The notes: generated from the letters alone by a model not told the origin. A stretch of 64,000 bases of DNA from Anaerolineales bacterium (GCA_963662985.1 OY760066.1:167801-231800); one strand, 5' to 3'. Counted from the first letter of the stretch, positions 11,501-20,977 are shown. Program-made: numbers and translations.

Positions 11501-12469
11501 TGAATAGACAATTCCTATTGGTGAATTATGATATACCTCATTTAATAATCTCTCTCTTTGAAAACTTTGTTTTATTTTTTCTTTTGATTGATGCTCAGAA
11601 GATATGTCACTAATTGTACCGAGTAAAAGTTTTGCTTGCCCATCTTCATTTCTGGTATAAATAAATTCCTTTGCGAGAAGCTCCAGTTTGAGATTGTGTT
11701 TTGCATTTACAGAAAATTCGAATTCATAAAATTCGTTATTATTTATGGCAAGAATATTAGGAATTATTTTTTTAGTGTAGTAATTATAATCTTTTGAATT
11801 CATTATGTTTTTATATAGATCTTTTTTTGTATTACTATCGTAATCAAAAAATTCTAATAATGAATTATTGAGAAAATGATATTCATCCAATTCAAAATCA
11901 TATAAATAATAAAGATCTGGCGAAATTTCGAGAAGTTTATTGAGAAATGTTTCTTTTTTAAATTTGATTGAACTACCTTGATCAAGCGTTGATGTTTTTT
12001 TTATAACAGATGTATTTAACAGTTGTTCATTTAGTGTTGTTTGGTGATTTGATTCATTATCGTGATAATTTAGAATTAAATTTTCAATTGAGAATTCATC
12101 TGCACCCTGAGTTTCTAATTGTTTTGATAATATGTATTTAAATTCATGAATGTTTGATGGATATTTGATAAATTCTACATTTTGATAATTTTTATTTTCA
12201 TATTCTTTATGGAAGCTGGAATAAAAATATATTATTTTTTTCTTTGATAACAGTTCTCTTTTTTCATCTATATATTTTAGAAAATAATTATCATTGTTAT
12301 TTGAATCAAAGATGAATAAATCGTATCCATTTAGAGACTCGAGAAAACTTGACTCATTTGTAAATTCAAATTCAATCGTTTTAAATGGATACATATTACT
12401 CCATTCTTCAACAATTGATTCTTTATATTTGAATACCATTATATAATCTGTTTTCATAATTTTTCTCAA
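8579..12469 (-). CDS. Hybrid sensor histidine kinase with multiple PAS domains, HisKA, HATPase_c and C-terminal receiver domain(s)
   Basis: H-box SHEIRTPMNAILGYAQML. G-boxes (DTGIGI, GSGLGMAISRQ). Receiver motif (VLIIDEDKSNLTLLSTQLKNVGF...). Several PAS-like segments. Directly abuts the 7508..8578 gene (its stop codon begins 1 nt after the downstream gene's start codon), indicating an operon with the HD-GYP regulator. Confidence 0.85.
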   Translation of the reverse strand: MRKIMKTDYIMVFKYKESIVEEWSNMYPFKTIEFEFTNESSFLESLNGYDLFIFDSNNNDNYFLKYIDEKRELLSKKKIIYFYSSFHKEYENKNYQNVEFIKYPSNIHEFKYILSKQLETQGADEFSIENLILNYHDNESNHQTTLNEQLLNTSVIKKTSTLDQGSSIKFKKETFLNKLLEISPDLYYLYDFELDEYHFLNNSLLEFFDYDSNTKKDLYKNIMNSKDYNYYTKKIIPNILAINNNEFYEFEFSVNAKHNLKLELLAKEFIYTRNEDGQAKLLLGTISDISSEHQSKEKIKQSFQRERLLNEVYHNSPIGIVYSTHDQRLFNPNKKYCELVGYTKSEIENMSWIDLTPSEYLDDELDMLSLLSPDKISIKYEKEYIHKNESRIPVEVLLIAQFDELQNTEYYIGFFQNIGLRKSIEAHQDDLLIKMNKRINELQCLRDISKLIQKENDIKNIITKMIEIIPSGWQYPSNTAVKIRYKGQDYRSSNYTNSNCKINSELIIDNIPEGFIEISYVNQKIFNNPSFFLEEEKELLNNISIIVSEKIENIISNDRIKKLNISLTEKIIKSGNDLSQLQNRFELAKYSAEIGLWEWDIKDKKMSWDEIMYQIFDIPTNEKISIPHDLKDKILFKDKDRLLDQISNCIKTYKDFNNDFEIQTATGQKKYIHVFGHPILGTYNKPERILGLSWDITKTKKLEIELNEEQQKLEEILNSSPIAFAISTDNKLAFFNNTFQHMTGLSIGDNAEKLYKNIEDRKYLKNELKTKDQFTNFDLEIVGQNGETIHTLSYFYKTIYKGKESIKGWLIDISELKKIEYELAKARDIAVSATQAKTQFLANMSHEIRTPMNAILGYAQMLKRDDNLNQHHKESLEIINRSGEMLLSLINDILDLSKIESGIMKIEENIYDFCMMLSEIKNMFSYRISKKGINFNINIQDDFPRFLYGDKQKIKQVIANLMSNAIKFTSEGNIEIIIKYEKININDIFVSIIVKDTGIGINQNDRDKVFEYFEQGENDINKKSGSGLGMAISRQYAQIMHGDVILIMSEPNQGSEFEFSFINKISEIEPHIQDNGFGYVKSIKQNQISPQVLIIDEDKSNLTLLSTQLKNVGFKVLSTTDMRKAIQEFNLQKPDFVFLGIKAPFDNAFKFIKNIREDQFNNEIPIYLISATIFDEELSIKIKESKTNGILLKPYDIEKIFLILKENLNIEYEYFNNNPNLKRIEKQHKINKELIDKLPKLWKQNIIENIQQGDIEKIRELIDMLDNKLSELKEIFISYIDEYNYQGLLDLLEGRY

Positions 12470-12710
12470 TTAAATTATACAGAAAAAAACGTAAAATTTA
12501 TTCTATGTATCCGATTTTGCACTGATTCAATTTTTATCAATTTTGTCTATTTTATTATAGTAGTAATTTTAATGAAAATCCTATCGATAAATAAACAAAA
12601 ATGAAAGGTTTGGTCATTTTTTATAATGTTATAATTTAAATAAATTAAGTTGACTTAATTTATAAGATTATATTAAAACAGAATTCTCACTCTTTAATAG
12701 CACTGGCTTA

Positions 12711-13748
12711 ATGAATTTGGAAAAGTGGAAAATGCTAGATAATGAAAAACAAAAAATATTATTAGTTGATGATGCTTATGAAAACATCGCTTTATTTAAG
12801 ACTATATTTGGGAATGATTATGATATCTATGAAGCTTTAAATGGTGAGGATGCTTTAGAAATTGTTCGTATTATTCTGCCTGATATTGTTTTATTAGATA
12901 TTATGATGCCAGGTATTGATGGTTATGATGTTTGTCGAGAAATAAAAAGAGATTCTTTAACAAATTCAATTCCGATTATTTTTATATCTGCATTACATGA
13001 AGAAGCGGATATATTAAAAGGATTTGAATTAGGTGCAGCTGATTTTATAAGTAAACCAATCAGCCCATCGATAGCTAAAGCAAGAGTGAAGACTCAATTG
13101 GATTCATATTCTTATCAAAAAACCCTTGAGAAAAAAGTGATTGAAAGAACAAAAGAGATCAATAATACTCGATTGGAAATTATTCAGAAATTATCGATTG
13201 CTTCTGAATATAAAGATACTGATTCTAGTGACCATATTTTCAGAATTACTAAATATTGCGAAACTATTGCAAGAAGCTATGGTTTCAGCGAAGAAGGAAT
13301 CGACACCTTGATTAATGCTGCCCCGATGCATGATATTGGAAAAATTGGTATTCCAGATAATATCCTTTTAAAAGAAGGAAAACTGACACCAGAAGAGTGG
13401 GAAGTGATGAAAACACATACTACTATTGGTGCCAAAATTATTGGAACAAATGCATCTAAACTATTGATGACAGCACGTTCGATTGCTCTTGAACATCACG
13501 AAAAGTGGGATGGAACTGGCTATCCTAAGGGGTTAAAAGGGAATGCAATTGAGTTAAACGCTAGAATTGTTGCTATTGCTGATGTATTTGATGCCCTTAC
13601 TTCTAAAAGACCTTATAAAAATCCATGGAGAATTGCCAAAGCTGTTGCTTTGATCAACAGCGAATCTGGAAAACACTTTGACCCGAAAGTGGTTGATGCG
13701 TTTAATGATAGTATCACTGAGATTCGAGCTATTCGGAATTTTGATTAA
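12711..13748 (+). CDS. Response regulator, REC + HD-GYP phosphodiesterase (paralog of 7508..8578)
   Basis: REC (ILLVDDAYENI... PDIVLLDIMMP). HD-GYP motifs HDIGKIG ... HHEKWDGTGYP. Clear paralogy to the 7508..8578 product. Confidence 0.85.
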   Translation: MNLEKWKMLDNEKQKILLVDDAYENIALFKTIFGNDYDIYEALNGEDALEIVRIILPDIVLLDIMMPGIDGYDVCREIKRDSLTNSIPIIFISALHEEADILKGFELGAADFISKPISPSIAKARVKTQLDSYSYQKTLEKKVIERTKEINNTRLEIIQKLSIASEYKDTDSSDHIFRITKYCETIARSYGFSEEGIDTLINAAPMHDIGKIGIPDNILLKEGKLTPEEWEVMKTHTTIGAKIIGTNASKLLMTARSIALEHHEKWDGTGYPKGLKGNAIELNARIVAIADVFDALTSKRPYKNPWRIAKAVALINSESGKHFDPKVVDAFNDSITEIRAIRNFD

Positions 13749-13760
13749 ATAATCACCTTT

Positions 13761-15389
13761 TTAAGCGATTTTTATTTGATTACGACCATTCTCTTTTGCT
13801 TGATATAAAGCAGTGTCTGCTTTAGTAATTAATTGCTCGACTGGTTCAGAATAATCTTGGAATAAATATAGTCCTGCAGAAATTGTAATTTGATCTATAT
13901 TCTTTTGATTATATATAAATTTTGTTTCTTCTATAGATTTGCGAATTTCATCAGCTCTTTTTATCAAAATTTCTTGACTTACTTCTGGAAGAATTAAGAT
14001 AAACTCTTCGCCCCCATATCGACAGGCAATGTCTTCGGCTCTAATCATATGTATAAATATGTCAGCGATATTTTTTAATACATAATCACCTGATTCATGT
14101 CCAAATTTATCATTTATTCTTTTAAAATGATCAATATCTATCATTATCAATCCTAATGTGGAGTTTTTTCTCGCAATTCTTCTACATTCTCTGCCTAAAG
14201 TTTCAATCATATATCGACGATTAAAAAGATTGGTAAGAGGATCTCTGATGGGTTGTTCTCTCAAATTTTCTCTTAATTTTATATTTGCTAGCGCCAACCC
14301 TGCACTAAATGCAAAATTCTTTATGAACTGGTTTTTATATTCTTCTGGCCAATTATCTTGGGCTACATCTTTTGGTTGAATAAATAAGATGCCGAAAGTT
14401 TCACCTGGCGCTACGATTGGAATACACATATGTTTTTGTGAAACTCTTGGATTCACGTGTTTACAGGCTGTTCCTGTTTTATCCTTTTCATAAAAATGTG
14501 TAATTCCCTTTTCTATCGCCAAACAATTTTCGGCAGGAAAATGAGAACATGTTATACTGCATAATTTTCCCCACGAGGATACTAGGTTTAAGTTATTATT
14601 TTTATCAAGTATTAGTAAACTACCCGCTTCATTTTTAAATATTTTTGAAGCAAATTCTAAAATCACTACATATGCTTCTTTCATAGAATTAATTGTTTGT
14701 AGATAATCATTCATTTCATTGAGATAGTTATTATCTTTACTTCTCTTTTCTAATTCTTTAATCCATTCCTTTTCTTTTTCTCTGGCAAGTTCTAATTTGT
14801 CAATCGCATTTTTTTCTTTAGTAATATCTCTTGATATTCCAAAAGTGCCAATAACATTATCATTTTTATCTAAAAGAGGAAATTTGTTGGTTATCACCCA
14901 ATTAATGTTTCCATCTTTATGAATTTCTTTTTCTAGCATATTCAATTTTGGAATTTTGGTTTGGATAATTTCTTGTTCGTCATTAAATGCTTTAGATGCA
15001 TGTTGTAAATCAAAAAAATCAAAATCTGTTTTCCCAATAATATCTTCTTTGGAAGTCTGAATCTTCTTATCACTGAACTTTTTACTAGTTTTGATAAATC
15101 TACTCTCTAAATCTTTAAAATATACTACTTCTGGTGTATGTTCCATAAATACTTGAAGGAGATTTAGTTCTTTTTTTATTTCTAAATCCTTCTTCTTTTT
15201 AATGAAATATCCAAATATAATCGAAAAAAACAATGCTATGATTAACGATATTTGAAGAATAATTCTTAATTTGTTATTTATTTTAAAATCAAAAATTAAT
15301 ATAACGATTCCACCCAATAAAATTAATTTAGTAAATATAATGTGATAATCGATTAAGTTTTGTTTTTTTGCGTTTGAATATTTAGCCAT
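13761..15389 (-). CDS. Membrane PAS-GAF-GGDEF diguanylate cyclase
   Basis: Two N-terminal TM helices, then a PAS region, then a GAF-like region. GGDEF signature RYGGEEFILILP and NRRY I-site-like context. Confidence 0.85.
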   Translation of the reverse strand: MAKYSNAKKQNLIDYHIIFTKLILLGGIVILIFDFKINNKLRIILQISLIIALFFSIIFGYFIKKKKDLEIKKELNLLQVFMEHTPEVVYFKDLESRFIKTSKKFSDKKIQTSKEDIIGKTDFDFFDLQHASKAFNDEQEIIQTKIPKLNMLEKEIHKDGNINWVITNKFPLLDKNDNVIGTFGISRDITKEKNAIDKLELAREKEKEWIKELEKRSKDNNYLNEMNDYLQTINSMKEAYVVILEFASKIFKNEAGSLLILDKNNNLNLVSSWGKLCSITCSHFPAENCLAIEKGITHFYEKDKTGTACKHVNPRVSQKHMCIPIVAPGETFGILFIQPKDVAQDNWPEEYKNQFIKNFAFSAGLALANIKLRENLREQPIRDPLTNLFNRRYMIETLGRECRRIARKNSTLGLIMIDIDHFKRINDKFGHESGDYVLKNIADIFIHMIRAEDIACRYGGEEFILILPEVSQEILIKRADEIRKSIEETKFIYNQKNIDQITISAGLYLFQDYSEPVEQLITKADTALYQAKENGRNQIKIA

Positions 15390-15560
15390 TTATTTCTTAT
15401 TTCATTGTTTCTATTAACACAAATTTACTATATCATAATTTGGCTACTTTTTATACAAATTAACCTAATTTACGGAAGATTTGAAATATCGTTATGGATA
15501 TTATTAATTCAAATAATTAATTTTTCTATAACTTTGTTTACATTTTTGATTTCATTTAAA

Positions 15561-15569
15561 TGTTAAAAT
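15561..15569 (+). promoter_or_regulatory. Candidate extended -10 promoter element (TGtTAAAAT) upstream of larC
   Basis: TGTTAAAAT lies ~35 nt upstream of the larC GTG start, with an AGGTAGG ribosome-binding site in between. Confidence 0.3.
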
Positions 15570-15604
15570 AGAGTCTGAAAATACGATAAAAAAGGTAGGT
15601 TTTT

Positions 15605-16933
15605 GTGAAAGTACTATTTTATGAATGTTTTTCTGGAATTAGTGGGGATCTAAATCTAGGCGCTATGCTAGATTTAGGGGTTGATCTTGATTATTTATTA
15701 AGTGAGTTATCTAAACTTGGTATAGATGATGAATTTGCTATACAATGTTCTATTGGACAAAAAATGGGAATTCATGGCACTAGAGTAGATGTGGTACTTC
15801 ATAATCAAAATGATCATCAACACACTCATTCTCATGAATCTGCTATCCCTTATTCACATTCTCCTATTCAACTTCATACTCATTCTGAAGAAGACTTACA
15901 CTCTCATATGGTTTTTAATTCTAAAGGTCATCATAGCCATCATGAGCATACTCATTCTCACGGACGAACTTATTCTGAAATTCAGGTATTAATGGAGAAA
16001 AGTGACCTAACTCCTCAGGTAAAAAAAGTAAGTTTAGAAATTTTTGAAAAAATTGCATTAGCAGAAGCTAAGGTTCACAATCAAGCCGTTGAAAATGTTC
16101 ACTTTCATGAGGTTGGGGCAACAGATTCTATCGTTGATATTGTAGGAGCAGCAATTTGTTTTGATGCTTTAGATGTGGATATGGTCATCAGTTCTCCAAT
16201 TGAATTAGGGAGTGGCTTTGTTTGGTGCCAACATGGGAAGTTACCAGTGCCTGCACCCGCAACTTCTGAAATACTGAAAGGAATTAAATGTACTCGAGGT
16301 GGCGTTTCTGGAGAAGCTACTACTCCGACAGGTGCCGCCATTATTACCACATTGGCTGAAGAATTTTCTACTACTTTTTCAATGAATATTGAAAAAATTG
16401 GATATGGGATCGGATTTAAGGATTTTGAAATTCCAAATGTTTTACGGGTAAGTATAGGATCTATTGATGAATCAACAAAAAATGATCTTATTATTTCAAA
16501 AGAACGAATCATTGAAACAAATTTGGATGATATGAACCCTGAATTAATTCCATTTATTGAAGAAGAATTATTAAAGATTGGTGCATTAGATGTTTTTCGA
16601 TCACCTATTCAGATGAAAAAGGGAAGAAGCGGCGTAAAATTAAGCATTTTAGTTGACGAAAAAAATCAGGATCAGATATTAGATTATCTATTTACACAAA
16701 CTAGTACATTTGGAGTGCGGAGTTATGTGGTTGATAAGATGATGATGCAACGTGAAATTGAAGTTATTTCAACTGAATATGGTGAAGTGCGGATTAAGAA
16801 AGCAATTTTTAAAGGCAAGGTAGTAAAATATAAACCTGAATTTGAGGATATCAAAAGGATTTCTATCTATACTAAGCTCCCAATTAACGATGTTCAGAAA
16901 AAAATTCTCTTTTACTATGAACAAATACGATAA
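15605..16933 (+). CDS. larC: Nickel insertion protein LarC (pyridinium-3,5-bisthiocarboxylic acid mononucleotide nickel chelatase), GTG start, with His-rich insertion
   Basis: N-terminus MKVLFYECFSGISGDLNLGAMLDLG is typical of the LarC/DUF111 family. A His-rich stretch (HQHTHSHES...HTHSEEDLHSHM...HHSHHEHTHSH) follows. Part of a lar gene block with larE and larB. Confidence 0.85.
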   Translation: MKVLFYECFSGISGDLNLGAMLDLGVDLDYLLSELSKLGIDDEFAIQCSIGQKMGIHGTRVDVVLHNQNDHQHTHSHESAIPYSHSPIQLHTHSEEDLHSHMVFNSKGHHSHHEHTHSHGRTYSEIQVLMEKSDLTPQVKKVSLEIFEKIALAEAKVHNQAVENVHFHEVGATDSIVDIVGAAICFDALDVDMVISSPIELGSGFVWCQHGKLPVPAPATSEILKGIKCTRGGVSGEATTPTGAAIITTLAEEFSTTFSMNIEKIGYGIGFKDFEIPNVLRVSIGSIDESTKNDLIISKERIIETNLDDMNPELIPFIEEELLKIGALDVFRSPIQMKKGRSGVKLSILVDEKNQDQILDYLFTQTSTFGVRSYVVDKMMMQREIEVISTEYGEVRIKKAIFKGKVVKYKPEFEDIKRISIYTKLPINDVQKKILFYYEQIR

Positions 16934-17717
16934 TTTAGTAGAGTATATTCAATCATTTGAGCATGCTGTAATCGCTTTTTCTGGAGGTGTTGATAGCAGT
17001 TTCTTATTAAAAGCTGCTACAGATGCTTATATTAAAACTCCAGACAAACTTCTAGCAATCACGATTAAAACAGCTTATATTCCAAATTGGGAATTTGAAG
17101 AAGCACAAACTTTTACTGACTCTTTAGGTGTAAAACACACCCTTGTTGAACTTGATATAGATAAATCCATCCAAAACAATCCTATTGACAGATGTTATTT
17201 GTGTAAAAATATCTTATTCCAAAAAATGATCGGGGTTGCTAAAACAAATGGGTTTACTACTATTTTTGATGGTTCCAATTTTGACGATCAGTCCGATTAT
17301 CGTCCAGGTATGAGAGCATTAAAAGAATTAAAAGTAATTAGTCCACTTTTAATCCAAGGTTGGACAAAAAAAGAAATCCGAAAGATGTCAAAGGAATTAG
17401 GCTTGCCGACATATAATAAGCCAGCTTATGCTTGTTTGTTGACTCGAATTCCTCATGATACTTTGATTACTTATGACAAATTACGAATGATTGAGGCGGC
17501 TGAAGATTACATCCATAGTTTGGGTATTTTTGATGTGAGAGTGAGAAGTCATGAAGAAATTGCACGCATTGAAGTTGGAAAAGCGAACCGAAAACTATTT
17601 TTTGATGAGAAATTGATGGACGATATATCTATAAAATTAAAAGAGATTGGATTTTCATTTGTTACACTTGATCTAGCTGGGTATCAGATGGGTAGTTTTA
17701 ATCCAAAAGAACTATAG
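16917..17717 (+). CDS. larE: ATP-dependent sacrificial sulfur transferase LarE (PP-loop ATP pyrophosphatase)
   Basis: PP-loop SGGVDSS. Conserved Cys context (RCYLCK). Start moved to MNKYDN (ATG 16917) rather than the track's upstream ORF start at 16842, which would overlap larC by 92 nt. Confidence 0.8.
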   Translation: MNKYDNLVEYIQSFEHAVIAFSGGVDSSFLLKAATDAYIKTPDKLLAITIKTAYIPNWEFEEAQTFTDSLGVKHTLVELDIDKSIQNNPIDRCYLCKNILFQKMIGVAKTNGFTTIFDGSNFDDQSDYRPGMRALKELKVISPLLIQGWTKKEIRKMSKELGLPTYNKPAYACLLTRIPHDTLITYDKLRMIEAAEDYIHSLGIFDVRVRSHEEIARIEVGKANRKLFFDEKLMDDISIKLKEIGFSFVTLDLAGYQMGSFNPKEL

Positions 17718-17725
17718 AGGATGGC

Positions 17726-18475
17726 ATGAAAGAAAAAGAAATTAAGAATTTGCTTGAAGATGTTAAGAATCAAGTTCAAAGTGTTGATGAAGCAGTTAAT
17801 ATTTTAAAAAATTTACCTTTTGAAGATGTACAAGATTTTGCGAAAATTGACAATCATCGTGAAATTCGGGTTGGCTATCCTGAAGTGATCTATTGTGAAG
17901 GAAAAAGCATTGATCATGTTGTACAGATTTTTGAGTATATGCATTCACAAGGGAATAATGTTTTAGGTACACGTGCTTCTGAAGAAATGTTTGATGCAGT
18001 TGAGAAAATTGTACCTTCAGTAGTCTATAATCCAATGGGAAGAACAATCACTGATATCCAAAAACCAATTGAGATGACCTCATCTTATATTGCTTTAGTA
18101 TCTGCTGGAACTTCTGATATCCGTGTGATTGAAGAGGCAAAAGAAACTGCTTTAATTCTAGGCAATCAGGTGAAAATCATTAATGATGTAGGTGTATCTG
18201 GAATCCATCGTTTGTTTAATCACTTAGAAGATATCCGTAATGCAAAGGTCGTGATTGTGGCAGCTGGTATGGAAGGTGCGTTGGCTAGCGTTGTCGGTGG
18301 GTTGGTTGATAAACCTGTGATTGCCGTCCCTACGAGCATAGGTTATGGAGCAAATTTCGGAGGCCTTTCTGCGCTGTTATCAATGTTGAATAGCTGTGCG
18401 AGTGGAGTTACTGTGGTGAATATTGATAATGGGTTTGGAGCTGCATACTCAGCAAGTATAATTAATCATTTATAA
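17726..18475 (+). CDS. larB: Nickel pincer cofactor biosynthesis protein LarB (PurE-like carboxylase/hydrolase)
   Basis: PurE-like core (VALVSAGTSDIRVIEEAK ... VVIVAAGMEGALASVVGGL ... PVIAVPTS) with the N-terminal extension typical of LarB. Position in the larC-larE-larB cluster. Confidence 0.85.
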   Translation: MKEKEIKNLLEDVKNQVQSVDEAVNILKNLPFEDVQDFAKIDNHREIRVGYPEVIYCEGKSIDHVVQIFEYMHSQGNNVLGTRASEEMFDAVEKIVPSVVYNPMGRTITDIQKPIEMTSSYIALVSAGTSDIRVIEEAKETALILGNQVKIINDVGVSGIHRLFNHLEDIRNAKVVIVAAGMEGALASVVGGLVDKPVIAVPTSIGYGANFGGLSALLSMLNSCASGVTVVNIDNGFGAAYSASIINHL

Positions 18476-18503
18476 AAGCTAGAGAAATTCTCTAGCTTTT
18501 TTC
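18476..18503 (+). terminator. Rho-independent terminator after larB
   Basis: Hairpin AAGCTAGAGAaattcTCTCTAGCTT followed by a T-run. Confidence 0.7.
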
Positions 18504-18537
18504 TTTGTTATTTCCTTTGTATTATGGAAAAGTTTTC

Positions 18538-18567
18538 TTAGATTTAATTGAAAAGATTTGCTACAAT
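18538..18567 (+). promoter_or_regulatory. Candidate sigma-70-type promoter for PTS regulator (TTAGAT-N18-TACAAT)
   Basis: Hexamer match by eye ~30 nt upstream of ATG 18597. Confidence 0.3.
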
Positions 18568-18596
18568 TTAATTATTGTAAAGAAAGTCTTTTCATA

Positions 18597-20513
18597 ATGA
18601 AAATTGAACAAAGAAAATATCAATTAATTCAATATTTTTTATATCATCAAGATACTGTCACAAGCGAAGTGTTGGCACGCTATTTAAATGTAACATCACG
18701 AACTGTGAGAGAAGATCTGAAAGAATTAACTAAAGAATTAGCTGCTGAAAATATTCATTTGTTATCGATTCAAGGAAAAGGTTTTTATATCGATGATAAA
18801 GATTATTCTGCTTTGTCTATTTATTTAAAAAAATTGATGAATGATCCTATGTTCCTTTTGTCAGCTGTGGAAAATTCTTTTCAAATTTTAAGAATTTTAT
18901 TCTTAGAAAGAGATTATATCTGTATTGAAGATTTAGCAGAAAAAGTGTTCTTAGGTAAGTCAAGTGTGGAAAAAGAATTTGAAACGGTTGAAAATTGGCT
19001 TAAGCAATATAACCTCGTATTAAAAAAGAAAAAAACTCTGGGAATCCGAATCTCAGGTGCTGAAAAAAATTTCCGAATTGGTTTAATTCAGTTAATTTAT
19101 GTTTTTTCTTTTCGAAATAATCTCACAACCAATGATCTATTTTCACCCATTTTTGATAAAAATATTCTTCAAATAATAAATGATTTGGTAAATGATCATA
19201 TCCATCATCCTGCATTTAATTATTCACAATTTGCTTATCAAACAATCATTTTGTATTTAGCAATCCTAATTTGGCGAGTTCGATCTGGTTCTTTAATTGA
19301 AGAAAAACAAACTTCTAAAAAGTATGATGAGATTGATTTTTTGGTTGATGATTTATTGGGTTCTTTAGCAGAACGTTTAGCACTAGAAATTCCATTAATT
19401 GAATATTTTGGATTTGATGAGTTTTTGGCTCAACAAACAATCTTTTCTATTGAGACTATTCAATTAGAAGATGACCATTCTGAGTTTATTATTGAGTTGT
19501 TGACAAAGTTAGATAGCCAATTTCATCAAGGTTTTATCCACGATGCTCGCTTAATCGAACAGTTAAACTATTTTATTCATAAAACAAAAGTCATTGATTA
19601 TGGATTTAAATTTGAGAAACCATTTGATCTTAATACTTTAAAGAATAATTATCCGAGTGCATTGGATATGGCATTATATACTAAAATTGAAATCGAAGAT
19701 TTTTATAACCAGCAAATAAATGATCACTCTTATATTGAGCTTGCGATTTTATTCTCTGCAGCATTAGAAAAAAAATTATTAGAAGGATCTTCAAAAAAAT
19801 GGAGAGCTGCTATTATTAATTCGATGGGATTTGAGATTTCTAGTTTATTACAGAGCAAAATCCAACGATTATTTCCCCAATTAATTTTAGTTGGCGTTTT
19901 TCCAACTTATCAAATAAATGATTTAGGACGACAAGGAATCGATTTTCTGATCTCAACAAGTATGATTGAAAATTGTACAATCCCTTTTGTGGAAATAACG
20001 AATTTTTTAGATGACAATGATTATTTAAAAATTGGTAGATTTCTGAAAGAGATTGAGCAAGCCGATTTTGAAAAATATTTCTTTCAATCTCTATTTGAAG
20101 AAAGTATATTCATTACCGATATTAAAGAAAAAACACCTCAAAAAATTATCTCTAAAATGGGTAATCGATTGGTCGAAGTTGGGCATGTATCCCCTTCTTT
20201 TATTGATGCAGCATTGACACGAGAAAAAACAATGGCAACTGATATTGGTAATCTTGTAGCAATTCCGCATGCGTTATCCTATGGAAGAAAATCATCAATT
20301 GCAGTGGGGCTTCTCAATGATGCAGTTGATTGGGGAAATGAAAAGGTTAAAATTGTCTTTCTACTCAATATTCGATATGAAGATATTGAAAGAATGAAAT
20401 CCATTTTTTCATATTTTTATGATCTTGTACAATCAAAAAAGAAAATCAATCAATTAATAGATACAAAACAATTTGATATGTTCATTCAAATTCTCAAAAA
20501 AGGAGAAATTTAA
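18597..20513 (+). CDS. PRD-containing PTS-responsive transcriptional activator (MtlR/LicR-type: HTH, PRDs, EIIB-like, C-terminal EIIA-2 domain)
   Basis: N-terminal HTH region (VTSEVLARYLNVTSRTVREDLKEL). C-terminal EIIA-2-type domain with phosphorylatable His context (GNLVAIPHALSY ... KIVFLLNI). Start taken at MKIEQRKYQ (ATG 18597) rather than the track start 18558. Confidence 0.75.
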   Translation: MKIEQRKYQLIQYFLYHQDTVTSEVLARYLNVTSRTVREDLKELTKELAAENIHLLSIQGKGFYIDDKDYSALSIYLKKLMNDPMFLLSAVENSFQILRILFLERDYICIEDLAEKVFLGKSSVEKEFETVENWLKQYNLVLKKKKTLGIRISGAEKNFRIGLIQLIYVFSFRNNLTTNDLFSPIFDKNILQIINDLVNDHIHHPAFNYSQFAYQTIILYLAILIWRVRSGSLIEEKQTSKKYDEIDFLVDDLLGSLAERLALEIPLIEYFGFDEFLAQQTIFSIETIQLEDDHSEFIIELLTKLDSQFHQGFIHDARLIEQLNYFIHKTKVIDYGFKFEKPFDLNTLKNNYPSALDMALYTKIEIEDFYNQQINDHSYIELAILFSAALEKKLLEGSSKKWRAAIINSMGFEISSLLQSKIQRLFPQLILVGVFPTYQINDLGRQGIDFLISTSMIENCTIPFVEITNFLDDNDYLKIGRFLKEIEQADFEKYFFQSLFEESIFITDIKEKTPQKIISKMGNRLVEVGHVSPSFIDAALTREKTMATDIGNLVAIPHALSYGRKSSIAVGLLNDAVDWGNEKVKIVFLLNIRYEDIERMKSIFSYFYDLVQSKKKINQLIDTKQFDMFIQILKKGEI

Positions 20514-20515
20514 TT

Positions 20516-20977
20516 GTGAAAATCCACGAAATGATCAATCCAAAACTAATCAATATAAATATGAAAGCGGATTCTAAAAATGAAGTAATCTCTAAATTGA
20601 TCTACTTGTTAGAAAAAGATGGAAGACTTCTTGATAAAGAACAGTTCACAAAAGATGTGATGGAGCGAGAAGACTCTATGTCCACTAACATGGGAGCTAT
20701 GATCGCTATTCCGCATGCTAAATCTAAGGCAGTTAGAAAATCATCTGTGGTATTTGCACATTTAGAAAGCCCTGTTGAATGGAATGAAGAAGGCAAGGTT
20801 GATTTAGTATTTTTATTAGCAATCAATGAAGCGCAACATAATGTTTCTCATTTGGAAACAATTGCTACATTGGCAACCTATTTAGTTGATGACGATTTTA
20901 AGAAGGCATTATATGATATAAAAGATGCAGCTTCTATTGTGAAATTGATTGAAAACTATAAAGGAGAGGAATTATGA
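20516..20977 (+). CDS. PTS EIIA component, fructose/mannitol (EIIA-2) family; GTG start
   Basis: AIPHAKSKAV ... DLVFLLAI matches the PTS_EIIA_2 active-site His region. A ribosome-binding site (AAAGGAGAAAT) lies 11 nt upstream of the GTG. Confidence 0.8.
   Translation: MKIHEMINPKLININMKADSKNEVISKLIYLLEKDGRLLDKEQFTKDVMEREDSMSTNMGAMIAIPHAKSKAVRKSSVVFAHLESPVEWNEEGKVDLVFLLAINEAQHNVSHLETIATLATYLVDDDFKKALYDIKDAASIVKLIENYKGEEL

Noticed and set aside
12470-12710. Divergent promoter region between hybrid kinase and REC-HD-GYP gene
   Set aside because: Several TTGACT / TATAAT-like hexamers are present, but spacing is ambiguous in this very AT-rich DNA, so no confident promoter call.
16105-16512. 135-aa ORF antisense to larC
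   Set aside because: It overlaps the conserved LarC core and is most likely a chance ORF.
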